DNA from: a virus
Strand: one strand, 5' to 3'
Virus record (IMG/VR): IMGVR_UViG_3300029928_000198
DNA length: 64,000 nt
Numbering within the stretch: position 1 is the stretch's first letter; the number at the start of each line of letters is the position of its first letter. The notes below the pieces were generated by a model. That model had not been told where the DNA came from. It made no database searches and saw only the letters and a program-made list of their open reading frames with translations. The position numbers were made by a program, and so were the translations under genes. Positions 37,388 through 45,641 of this stretch are shown here, one piece after another.

Positions 37388-37598
37388 CGACGACGGCCTC
37401 CCAGACGGTGGCGACGTTCCCGGGGTTGACCATGACGGTCCCGATCGGGCGTATCATACCCCACTTCCTGAGCTGCTTTATCTTGCGGTATACGGCCAGA
37501 CGGTCCCTGTCCTCGTTCCCCGAAAGACCTGCGGCTATGTCGGTGGCCGTATGGGGGCCGTTGGCCTTCAGGTAGCCGAACACGTCGTCCTGATTCAT
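37020..37598 (-). CDS. Winged-helix protein (about 70-aa domain; the frame runs on into the MTase gene)
   Basis: VFGYLKANGPHTATDIA...VYRKIKQLRKWGMI; true end uncertain. Confidence 0.6.
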   Translation of the reverse strand: MNQDDVFGYLKANGPHTATDIAAGLSGNEDRDRLAVYRKIKQLRKWGMIRPIGTVMVNPGNVATVWEAVVDERGGAGKTARSLQRRGHDGFHPQHGLLRRPRSRPRRLRGHGPHGPALQDGDPRGGSLRKRQPPLLRRARENVRRPFRRPVGEDRIENEAHRHVCVLQQVADPAVHPLRRIPRMHMGHPCVA

Positions 37599-38389
37599 TC
37601 CGCTCCCCCCGTCGTCCATCTCTCTTCAGGAGATGACCGGAAGACTATGCCGTAGCAGTAGACTTCCGCACCTTCCATGATGCGGAACTCCGAATGGGGG
37701 ATGGCGGTCCTGTAGACCCATGAGGTCCCCTGCTCCTCGGGCGGGTTCCAGTCGGCCTTCACCGTCCATCCTCTGGTGCTGGTTGCGACGCATCCGCCGA
37801 ACGCTCCGAACTCCTCGGAGAAGACGCCACTGAACTCCATCATGTCGTTCGATGAGCCGTAGACGACCTCCAGCCCCTTCTTGGAAAGCTCGTCGATGTC
37901 CTTGCGGCCTATGAACAGAGGGTAGTTCGACCCATCGAGGAGCTTGGCCGCCCTGTCTATCTCGGGGTCGCCGCACATGACGGGTTCATGCCCTATCTCC
38001 ACCTTCTTCCAGAGCTTTCCCAAATCGATAGGATCGACGAAGCTGCGGACCCATTCGCCGTCTATCAGCGTCAGGAAGCCCTGAAGGCCGAAGCCCATCA
38101 GGGTCCCCGTCTCCGACTTGGCGAATCCTCCTGCGGCGACCACGCCCATGGCCTCCTCGTAAACCAAGTCGTAGTCGTCCTTGAGGATCCTGTAGCCCTC
38201 CTCCCCGTTGAGATCGAACATCCGCACCTTCGAGTAGCCTTCCCTTCTGGAATCGCTTTCGTACAGGTTCCCGTCGGCGAAGAATCTGAACCTTTCCAGA
38301 CGCGAATTCACCAGCGTCCTCCCATCGACGAGGGCCTTCATCCAGTGATACGGCGTGGAGGGCCTTCCTGCGTTGTTGCCGGAATCCAT
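37595..38389 (-). CDS. Virus-like hypothetical protein
   Basis: C-terminal VVYGSSNDMMEF...W.YRTAIPHSEFRIMEG..YCYGIVF is a pattern I recall from phage hypotheticals; start re-called to MDSGNN. Confidence 0.7.
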   Translation of the reverse strand: MDSGNNAGRPSTPYHWMKALVDGRTLVNSRLERFRFFADGNLYESDSRREGYSKVRMFDLNGEEGYRILKDDYDLVYEEAMGVVAAGGFAKSETGTLMGFGLQGFLTLIDGEWVRSFVDPIDLGKLWKKVEIGHEPVMCGDPEIDRAAKLLDGSNYPLFIGRKDIDELSKKGLEVVYGSSNDMMEFSGVFSEEFGAFGGCVATSTRGWTVKADWNPPEEQGTSWVYRTAIPHSEFRIMEGAEVYCYGIVFRSSPEERWTTGGAE

Positions 38390-38391
38390 GC

Positions 38392-38775
38392 TTAACCGCC
38401 TCCTATGATGAATGGTCTGATGCCGCGGAGGGATGACCCTCGCGGCGTGTTCAGGCCTCGGTATCTCCTCCAGTCCTTGGCGGTCAGGTCGTCCAAGCAA
38501 GGATTCCATGGGATGTGCACCTCGCCCTTGGAGATGTGGATCGGGAAGGAATCGTCGCGCTCGTAGCGTTTTATCCCCGATGCGGAGATGGACCAGCCCT
38601 CCTTCCAGACATCGCGGCGGAAGCTGGCATCGCGGTCTCCCAGCATCCCCCCGACGACCTGAGCGAAGGTGAGGCCGTCTTCTGAATCGGGGGTCCGGGG
38701 GGACCCTTCCAGCATCTCGGCGACCAGCGGATCGTCGGAGAAGGTGTCCAGAAGGGCATCTGCGATGGGGTCCAT
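38392..38775 (-). CDS. DUF2829 (MW1434/Tad2)-like protein
   Basis: LTFAQVV...FRRDVW...PWNPCLDDLTAKDW resembles TF.EA...V.R..W...PW.P...D..A.DW. Confidence 0.6.
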   Translation of the reverse strand: MDPIADALLDTFSDDPLVAEMLEGSPRTPDSEDGLTFAQVVGGMLGDRDASFRRDVWKEGWSISASGIKRYERDDSFPIHISKGEVHIPWNPCLDDLTAKDWRRYRGLNTPRGSSLRGIRPFIIGGG

Positions 38776-39287
38776 CACTTCCCCTCCGCCATGAGCTTCG
38801 TAAGGATGTCCGTGCATCTGTTGATCGTATCCGCATCGATCCTCGCCACATCGGGTCCGAGCCTCCTGAACAGCTGCTCTATGGGATCGGGCTGGCTGTC
38901 GGGACGCTTCTGCTCCTTCTTCTCGGATGCAGGGTCCTCCCCGGTTGCGCCTTCCGCCTTCTTGGGCGCGTCCTCCGCCTTCTTCGGAGCCTCCTTCGGG
39001 GATTCCCCGGGATCGCGCCTGTCGGCCTTGGGGGCGGTGCTGACGGGATGCGCGGATATGGCGCAAACGGTAGGTCTGAGCAGGGACAGCTCCTTGTCCA
39101 GCCTTTCTCTGGCTTCGAGCAGCGCGGCGTACCTCTGCATCGGGTCCACGTTGACGGAGTCGCGGACGGACTCCAACGCCTTGCCCATGTTGTATGACAG
39201 ATGCCATGCATCGCACACATCGTCCACGCTCACGACGACGGCCCTTCCCGCCATGGGAAGGATCGGTCTGATGTTCACACGGCTCAT
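38775..39287 (-). CDS. Degenerate DUF3310-like domain plus low-complexity linker
   Basis: DVCDAWHLSYNMGKAL...LLEARERLDKEL. Confidence 0.45.
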   Translation of the reverse strand: MSRVNIRPILPMAGRAVVVSVDDVCDAWHLSYNMGKALESVRDSVNVDPMQRYAALLEARERLDKELSLLRPTVCAISAHPVSTAPKADRRDPGESPKEAPKKAEDAPKKAEGATGEDPASEKKEQKRPDSQPDPIEQLFRRLGPDVARIDADTINRCTDILTKLMAEGK

Positions 39288-39748
39288 GCGGCCGCCTCCT
39301 CGGAACCGTTTCCGGCATCGGGCGATTCATCCGCGCCCTCAAGCCTCCTCATGACCGAAACGATCTTGTTCTGCGCCACGACGAGGTCGTCGTAGTCGGA
39401 GTCTTCGAGGGATGAGGAAAGCCACTTGTCCTGAAGAAGCTCGGTTATCTGCGCACCCATCTGATTCAGCGCGTAATCCACGATGCTGACGGCCACGATC
39501 CGGGAATCTGGGGCGGCCGAGCCTCCTTCGGAAGGGGCCTCCGCATGGGATTCGGACTCCTGACTCCCGTTGCCCGTCATCGAGAAGAGGAAGGTCTCGC
39601 CCTTGGCCATCATGCGGTTGAACGACCTGATGTACGAGGCAGCCTCGCCGAGGGTCTCGAAGTCCGAGGACATGATCTCGTTGGGGGTGGCGCGGGGTTT
39701 ACCCTCGTCCCCTATGGCCGTACGGTATCCGGTGACGTGGATCGTCAC
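39284..39748 (-). CDS. Hypothetical protein
   Basis: 154 aa, GGAGGTG RBS before GTG. Confidence 0.75.
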   Translation of the reverse strand: MTIHVTGYRTAIGDEGKPRATPNEIMSSDFETLGEAASYIRSFNRMMAKGETFLFSMTGNGSQESESHAEAPSEGGSAAPDSRIVAVSIVDYALNQMGAQITELLQDKWLSSSLEDSDYDDLVVAQNKIVSVMRRLEGADESPDAGNGSEEAAA

Positions 39749-39839
39749 GATAGCACCTCCGTTGTTGCAAACTCCATTGGAATTCCTCCGAGGACCAAGG
39801 GTAGCGATAGGGTGATGCCAGAGGCGTAGGATAGAAGTT

Positions 39840-39880
39840 CTATGGTCCTATGGACCATAGAAGAGCGGCGTCTATATAAA
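39840..39880 (-). promoter_or_regulatory. TATA box (TTTATATAGA) with a downstream operator-like palindrome
   Basis: CTATGGTCC-tat-GGACCATAG at 39840-39860; TATA at 39880-39871. Confidence 0.6.
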
Positions 39881-40200
39881 GACCGTAGTTCGAAGGACCG
39901 GCCATCCGCGACAATGGCTGCGGAATGGATCGCAGGAACGGAACGCTCATTTCGGAAGCATACGAGGGAAAGCGACGGAAACACGTGCAGACGGGCCGTT
40001 TCGGAGAAAAAGGTATTCCGATACCATCCGAAGGCCGTTCGCCCGTCTACGGCCCGTCCAATGGAGCGGAATCGCCCGTCCGTTCACTTCGGAGATGCGG
40101 ATTCCTTCGAACCTATGCTCCGGACCCAGTTCGAATGTCGTTGGACCGTCGAACCTTAGACCCGACTGTATAAACTATGCCGAAGAAGAATCACGTACTC

Positions 40201-40476
40201 ATGAGCAACGAATCCAAGGTCTTCGAGGTTTTGGAAGAGAAGCACGTCATGAAGACCATCCTGTACCTTTACAGGAACGGCCCCTCGACGAAGATGGACA
40301 TCTACAACGGGGTATCCGCGAATCCGCGCATGCCCGATAAGCTGATGGCGATGAAGACCATCGGACTGGTGATGAGGGTCAAGCCCGACGGCAAGAGCAG
40401 GGCGCAGGTCCTAGCACTCACGGAGAAGGGCCAGCGCGTGGGTGAGGAGCTGGAGAAGCTGATTGGACTGATATGA
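40201..40476 (+). CDS. wHTH (HxlR/MarR-like) transcriptional regulator, divergent, probably leaderless
   Basis: KTILYLYRNGPSTKMDIY...LTEKGQRV; GTATAAA about 30 nt upstream. Confidence 0.85.
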   Translation: MSNESKVFEVLEEKHVMKTILYLYRNGPSTKMDIYNGVSANPRMPDKLMAMKTIGLVMRVKPDGKSRAQVLALTEKGQRVGEELEKLIGLI

Positions 40477-40499
40477 TTCATCAGCCCGAAGATGCCGAG

Positions 40500-40826
40500 T
40501 CACCACACCTCGTATACCCCGTATCCCTGATCGAGATACGAAATATCCAGATTTCCGACCCAAACCCCTTCCACTGGTTCTCCGATGCGGGCGTAGAGCC
40601 TCGCGGCGTTCTCGTTATCCGGGGCGAAGTAGAGCTTCCAGAAATCCTGTTTGATGTCGGCTATCGCCGCGGTACCGATCCCCCGTCCGCGATAACCTTC
40701 ATCGACATCGATCCTCTCGACGTATCCGCAATCGTCATCGAGTTCGAGAACAACGGCGGTCACGTGATCGCCGTAGTATGTGCGGAAAGTCCCCTCATCC
40801 TCGTCCTCGTAAACCGTATACTCCAT
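40500..40826 (-). CDS. GNAT-family acetyltransferase
   Basis: IDVDEGYRGRGIGT motif A; NENAARLY motif B. Confidence 0.85.
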   Translation of the reverse strand: MEYTVYEDEDEGTFRTYYGDHVTAVVLELDDDCGYVERIDVDEGYRGRGIGTAAIADIKQDFWKLYFAPDNENAARLYARIGEPVEGVWVGNLDISYLDQGYGVYEVW

Positions 40827-40934
40827 CTGCGACAATCTGTGAACCCTCCGATAGATTGGTGATGATGTTCTAGGGATAAGGGATTGTTGTCCTAAACCTA
40901 TGGTTAAAATGTCTGCGGACGGGGTAGAATGAGG

Positions 40935-40961
40935 GTCGGACGGGCCGTCCACCCGTCCGTT
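40935..40961. repeat. 27-bp direct repeat (hairpin), copy 1
   Basis: GTCGGACGGGCCGTCCACCCGTCCGTT, identical to 42774-42800. Confidence 0.9.
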
Positions 40962-40982
40962 AAAGAAATTTTCAGCAATCTG

Positions 40983-41417
40983 TCATGAGTACTCGCATAG
41001 GCCCATCCTCAAGGATTCAGCATCCTCTTCGCCTTTCATGTAATTCGCATACCAAGTGAGGTATGAGGGGTACGGCTTCACGTCGAAAAGAGCTGCGATG
41101 GATGTCTTGATGGCCGTTATGAGCGAACAGCCCTCATTTTCCATGATTTTTCCTATCATGGTCAAGCAGATGTCCGCCCTGTCGCGCGGCATCCACGTTT
41201 TGAAGTCCAAGCCGTCGGACGTCCATAGATAGAGGTCCTTCTCATCCCTGTGGATCCAGATCCCCCTGCGGAATCCCTCGGGTCTAACTGCTTCCCTCAA
41301 CCCGTGGACCCTGTACTCCCCTATGTGGATAGTGGTTGCGAAAGGCCCGTGCACATCCGCATCCATGTCCGAGTAGCGGTCTTCGACCTTCAGGATCCTG
41401 TTGTCTTGGCATGTCAT
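40983..41417 (-). CDS. Hypothetical protein sharing its first 28 aa with the 42319-42666 product
   Basis: MTCQDNRILKVEDRYSDMDADVHGPFAT. Confidence 0.7.
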   Translation of the reverse strand: MTCQDNRILKVEDRYSDMDADVHGPFATTIHIGEYRVHGLREAVRPEGFRRGIWIHRDEKDLYLWTSDGLDFKTWMPRDRADICLTMIGKIMENEGCSLITAIKTSIAALFDVKPYPSYLTWYANYMKGEEDAESLRMGLCEYS

Positions 41418-41464
41418 ATTCTGTCCTCCTCTTGCAGATTATCCCTGCATTTACCATATGGTAG

Positions 41465-41917
41465 TTATTCATCGAGCTTGTCACGAGCCAAGGTCAGATA
41501 CTTGGCGACAGCCTGAACACTGATCCTGCGTCCTGTCTTGCAACTCATAATGTTTGCCGCCTCCGCATTGGATGAGGTGCGACGACGTACAACGTAAGCT
41601 AGGGCCTCCATCGGCGACAGCCCATCGTCAAGAATCTTGTGCGTCATATCTATTCGGATAACCGCATCTGTCTCGGCGTCCGTCCGGTCCACGGGTGCGA
41701 CGTCGAAGCTTCCGCGCTCCGCGATGCCCTCGATGCTGTCGATGATCTCGTCATCGCTCGGAAGGCGGTCGCCGAAGCTCCTGCCGAGGTGAAGGTCCAG
41801 CTTGGAACCGTCCTCGGCGGTCATCTGCACGATGTCGCCTTCCGGGTCGGTGATGCCGCCAGTCACATCTCCCGTTTCTAGGAGCCTTCTGATCTCATCA
41901 ATGGTCCTTATCAGCAT
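41465..41917 (-). CDS. Protein with C-terminal HTH
   Basis: SNAEAANIMS...SVQAVAKYLTLARDKL. Confidence 0.7.
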   Translation of the reverse strand: MLIRTIDEIRRLLETGDVTGGITDPEGDIVQMTAEDGSKLDLHLGRSFGDRLPSDDEIIDSIEGIAERGSFDVAPVDRTDAETDAVIRIDMTHKILDDGLSPMEALAYVVRRRTSSNAEAANIMSCKTGRRISVQAVAKYLTLARDKLDE

Positions 41918-41919
41918 CG

Positions 41920-42318
41920 TCAGGCCTCCCATACTGCCGCGATCTCGACCGGCTCGCAGTAATCGCCGAAGAGAATGACCTCATCCTCGTCGTTGCCGTA
42001 CTCCGCATCATATGAGTGAAGCAATGCGAAACGACCTGAGTAAGATCTCGCCTCACTCATGGCGCGTGCGATGCTCTCGACGTCCTCGGGGTCGTCGATA
42101 CCAATGCTGCATATGCCTGCCTTGTAGCCACCTCTGTACTCCTGTCCCATGGTCAGACCGTCAGTATGGTACCGGGAACAGTCGTTCGCCATATCCCACT
42201 CGTAGGACTCGCGGATGTCCCCTCCGACGACGTACTGCTCGTCGTCGCATAGTCCACGGATGCCCCATGCGCCGTCCGTCCTGTCGCCTATGATGTCTCT
42301 TATCTGCCGCGCGTCCAT
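41920..42318 (-). CDS. Acidic hypothetical protein
   Basis: 132-aa ORF, operon context. Confidence 0.75.
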   Translation of the reverse strand: MDARQIRDIIGDRTDGAWGIRGLCDDEQYVVGGDIRESYEWDMANDCSRYHTDGLTMGQEYRGGYKAGICSIGIDDPEDVESIARAMSEARSYSGRFALLHSYDAEYGNDEDEVILFGDYCEPVEIAAVWEA

Positions 42319-42666
42319 TTACTCCCAGTCCTCCTCTTCATCCTCATCGTCGTCGCCGACCCATGCGCGGGACCTCTCGCGGCAACACTTCGCGGGAAGG
42401 CGTCCGCTCTCCTCGACGACATCGATGAGTTCGCCGATCAGGGGGTCGCCGCCCTCGTCGTCCTCGTCGGGGACGCGGTCGTATTCGCAGACGACGATCT
42501 GTCTTCCGCCTGTCCTGCGCATGAGGTCGGAGCGCGTGCATCTGTCTAGAATATCGAGCGCAGCAGCCTTCGCCTCGCCGAAGGTCGCGAACGGTCCGAT
42601 CACGTCCGTATCCATGTCCGAGTAGCGGTCTTCGACCATCAGTATCCTCTTGTCTTGGTATGCCAT
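42319..42666 (-). CDS. Acidic hypothetical protein
   Basis: 115 aa, GAGGAGG RBS, AT-rich promoter region upstream. Confidence 0.75.
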   Translation of the reverse strand: MAYQDKRILMVEDRYSDMDTDVIGPFATFGEAKAAALDILDRCTRSDLMRRTGGRQIVVCEYDRVPDEDDEGGDPLIGELIDVVEESGRLPAKCCRERSRAWVGDDDEDEEEDWE

Positions 42667-42773
42667 TAGTTATCCTCCTCTTGCAGGACTCATCCCCTGC
42701 AATTACTACATGGTAAATTATTTATTTAAATGCTCTTACTATATGGTAATAAGAATTAAAATCTGTTAAAAAT

Positions 42774-42800
42774 GTCGGACGGGCCGTCCACCCGTCCGTT
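42774..42800. repeat. 27-bp direct repeat (hairpin, terminator-like), copy 2
   Basis: Followed on the minus strand by ATTTTT. Confidence 0.9.
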
Positions 42801-42810
42801 CAAAATGTTT

Positions 42811-43074
42811 TCAGATTCCTTCGGATTCGACCGCATCCATCCGGGAAGAGAAGACCCCTCCCGGGATCGCATCGCTCAGCATGTATGAGCAGAGTCCGTT
42901 CGGATCCATCGGACGTATCACGACGACGATCCCCTTTCCACGGAGCCTTATCAAACTCCCCCTCACCTTCTGAGTGGAGTATCTGGGCAACGAGGAGCGG
43001 ACGTCCGATACCGTCCAGACGGGGGCCGTCTGCATCAGACGGACGATCTGGGAATCTATGAGCTGGCCCCTCAT
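42811..43074 (-). CDS. Winged-helix protein
   Basis: WTVSDVRSSLPRYSTQKVRGSLIRLRGKGIV. Confidence 0.65.
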   Translation of the reverse strand: MRGQLIDSQIVRLMQTAPVWTVSDVRSSLPRYSTQKVRGSLIRLRGKGIVVVIRPMDPNGLCSYMLSDAIPGGVFSSRMDAVESEGI

Positions 43075-43253
43075 CCCTTAGCCTCCTCATTCCTCAAGGG
43101 GCATCTCCGGTCTATGCGTCCGCTCGACGCGGCGGTGTAGATCTCCCTTCCGCCCTTGATGAGCGGGTGCTGACAGCGGTAGGCGTATCTCACTGGGCAA
43201 GTGCTGCATGAAGACACCTGAACGAGCGTCCCGTCAATCTCGATGACCCTCAT
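43071..43253 (-). CDS. Small Cys-rich virus-like protein
   Basis: SCSTCP...CQHP...CPL; ATGA-coupled at both ends. Confidence 0.65.
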   Translation of the reverse strand: MRVIEIDGTLVQVSSCSTCPVRYAYRCQHPLIKGGREIYTAASSGRIDRRCPLRNEEAKG

Positions 43254-43423
43254 TCCTCCGCCCCCGTCTCCGTCAGGCAAGCCTGTTCCGGACGATCCAG
43301 AGCCTTCAGCAGCTCGGCGAACATCCTCTGCATCTCGGGGTCGAAGCCCTCCACGTTCCTCACGTGCAGGCGGACGGAGGCCCCCGTCTCCGGGTTCCTC
43401 TTCGCTACGCGGAGGTCGGTCAT
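43250..43423 (-). CDS. Small hypothetical protein
   Basis: MTDLRVAKRNP..., ATGA-coupled. Confidence 0.6.
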   Translation of the reverse strand: MTDLRVAKRNPETGASVRLHVRNVEGFDPEMQRMFAELLKALDRPEQACLTETGAEE

Positions 43424-43698
43424 GCCGACCCCTCCGACCCGGAGCCTTCGTCTTCCACCGGCCTGAAGATGCTGTCGCACCCGGTGGCCTTCAGGAACGT
43501 CCTCATGGTGGAATCGGGGACCCCGTAGACCCTTGCGACCGATGCCACGGAAAGCCCCGTGCTCGACAGGATGACGAGGTTCGGACGCTGGATGACGATG
43601 GTGTATCCGGGACGGTAGTTGGGGACGGATTCCTCCTCCCCCTTCAGGACAAGACGCCTAGGGCGTCCCGGAGGCCTTCCCGTAGGGATGTATGGCAT
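43420..43698 (-). CDS. AT-hook plus HTH protein
   Basis: TGRPPGRPRR; LSVASVARVYGVPDSTMRTFL. Confidence 0.65.
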   Translation of the reverse strand: MPYIPTGRPPGRPRRLVLKGEEESVPNYRPGYTIVIQRPNLVILSSTGLSVASVARVYGVPDSTMRTFLKATGCDSIFRPVEDEGSGSEGSA

Positions 43699-43982
43699 CG
43701 GTCCGCCTCCAGAAGCTCAGTCTGGACGCGCCAGAACACGGCTTTGCGCCCTGTCGCGGGATCGGTCTTCTTCCCTGCGCGGTAGATCATCCCCATCTCT
43801 GCAAGCTCGTTGGTGCGCGGGGTGATCGTGTTGATCTCTCTCCTGAGGTATCTCGCGATGTCCTTGTTGGAGGGGTCCACGAGGATGACGACCGCCCTCA
43901 GGACCTCGCCTTGCAGGCGCGATACGCCACCCTCGGCCTCGAAGTCTAGGAATGCTTCAACGGAAGTCTGGGCGACGGTCAT
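43644..43982 (-). CDS. Virus-type winged-helix protein
   Basis: SNKDIARYLRREINTITPRTNELAEMG...TGRKAVFW. Confidence 0.75.
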   Translation of the reverse strand: MTVAQTSVEAFLDFEAEGGVSRLQGEVLRAVVILVDPSNKDIARYLRREINTITPRTNELAEMGMIYRAGKKTDPATGRKAVFWRVQTELLEADRCHTSLREGLRDALGVLS

Positions 43983-44596
43983 TCCTGATGCCTCCTATTG
44001 GCTTCTTGGGCGAATCCCTTCAGCCACGAGGGATCCTTCAGGTCGAAGGTGTTGTCCAACCATAGCGTGTACCCGCATCCGCATTCGATGCCGATGCACC
44101 TGACGCTGGACAGCATCTCTTCGGGGTCCTGTCCGATGTCCGCGAAGACGTCCCTGTCGAAGGAGCCGTCGGATTTCAGGGTGTACCTCATATCCTCCAG
44201 CGTCGCCTCGCAGTCGCAGAAGGTGATGAACCTGTACGTGATCTGCTTCCCGCATACGGGGCAAGGCCTGAAAAGCCCGGAGGAATCGCTCGCCGCCGCC
44301 CTCCTGTTGGCCCCATCCGCGAATTCCCTCAGCCACGAGGGATCCTTCAGGTCGAAACTGTCGTTCGGCCAGTAGGCGTATCCGCACGGACAGAGCAGGC
44401 CGACGAAGTACACCCATGAAAGCAGGTCGTCAAGCTCCTCGCCGCGTCCTCTTATCGGGGCCTCGTCGAAGGAGCCGTCCTCCCTGAGGGCTTCGTCCAA
44501 GTCGTGGAACAGGTCCTCCTCGTCAGCGAACCTGATGCCCTTGTAGGACAATCCGCGCCCGCATATAGGGCAAGGCCTGAAGGTCACGGCGGTCAC
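43979..44596 (-). CDS. Protein with two tandem Lar-like zinc-ribbon domains
   Basis: FRPCPxCG...CxCGY...FDLKDPSWL...ANRR twice; GTG start 44596. Confidence 0.7.
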   Translation of the reverse strand: MTAVTFRPCPICGRGLSYKGIRFADEEDLFHDLDEALREDGSFDEAPIRGRGEELDDLLSWVYFVGLLCPCGYAYWPNDSFDLKDPSWLREFADGANRRAAASDSSGLFRPCPVCGKQITYRFITFCDCEATLEDMRYTLKSDGSFDRDVFADIGQDPEEMLSSVRCIGIECGCGYTLWLDNTFDLKDPSWLKGFAQEANRRHQE

Positions 44597-45219
44597 CGTA
44601 CCACCTTCTTCCCCACATTGAGGATGGAGTCCGTGTCCAGCGAATAGTACGCCGTCCTCCTTCCGGGCTTCCCGTTCCTGTCCCCGTCTATCCATCCGGC
44701 CGCCTTGGTACCCTCCGGGATCAGGAACATCGCCTGAAGGTCCTTCAGAGGGATCTGCGAAAGCAGGTACAGCTGGCGTCCGGTCGCCCCTCTAGCCTTG
44801 GCTCCCTTGAGGATGTGCGACTTGGTCCAATGCCTCATGGAGTATGGGCCGAAGTACCCGGGATCGGGATCGACGCCGAACTCCCAAGACTCCACCGCTC
44901 CCGAGTAGTACTCCAGAGTGGGGTATTTCTCGCACCCTTTGACGACCTGCTCCCTGCAAACGTGCTCCAGACGCCCCTCCAGCGGGATCGTCGTGCGGAT
45001 GCCGACGTTCATGACGAACTCGTGGGTGGACCTGACGGAGGCGACGAACTCCTTGTCGCCTTCGAACCCGACCGACCCGACCGTCGGCCTGTACTCGTGG
45101 AGCGCGCATCCGACGATGTCCGGAAGGCTACCCTCCACGACCTCCTGAGGGAAGTTGTCGGGGTCCTTGTAGAGCAGCGTGGACGCGAAGACGACGGTGA
45201 CGCGCCTGAGGTCGGTCAT
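44593..45219 (-). CDS. Hypothetical protein
   Basis: Start re-called to MTDLRR (ATGA overlap). Confidence 0.7.
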   Translation of the reverse strand: MTDLRRVTVVFASTLLYKDPDNFPQEVVEGSLPDIVGCALHEYRPTVGSVGFEGDKEFVASVRSTHEFVMNVGIRTTIPLEGRLEHVCREQVVKGCEKYPTLEYYSGAVESWEFGVDPDPGYFGPYSMRHWTKSHILKGAKARGATGRQLYLLSQIPLKDLQAMFLIPEGTKAAGWIDGDRNGKPGRRTAYYSLDTDSILNVGKKVVR

Positions 45220-45641
45220 GCGGATTCCCCCTCCAGAAGCCTGTCGTACACCCCGTCGCCGAGGATGGCGAAGGACTGGGGGGCGGTCCTGACCCCGACA
45301 TCGGCCAGCGCGTAGGGGCTGGCGAACCTGTGGACCCCTTCTATGACGATGCCGTAGGTCGGACTGCCGGCCGCATATCCTTCGAACTCCTCGGGTCCGA
45401 TGCAGGTGCCGGAAAGGTCCGGGTCGGAAGGGTCTATGACCCTGTATCCGTCCGAAAGGAAGCATCCCGTTATCCCCCTCTTCCCCGTCTCGTAGACGAG
45501 GACCCTCAGGGAAGTGCGCCCCGAGGTCCTGTACTGGTAGGGGATCCTCCTGCGGACCTCGACGGTCTTCTCCCCCGAGTAGATCATCTCGGCCCACTTG
45601 GGCTTCAGGGCAAGGATGATGTCGATGCTCCTGACGCTCAT
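45216..45641 (-). CDS. ASCH/PUA-like domain protein
   Basis: LALKPKWAEMIYSGEKTVEVRR; APQSF. Confidence 0.85.
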   Translation of the reverse strand: MSVRSIDIILALKPKWAEMIYSGEKTVEVRRRIPYQYRTSGRTSLRVLVYETGKRGITGCFLSDGYRVIDPSDPDLSGTCIGPEEFEGYAAGSPTYGIVIEGVHRFASPYALADVGVRTAPQSFAILGDGVYDRLLEGESA

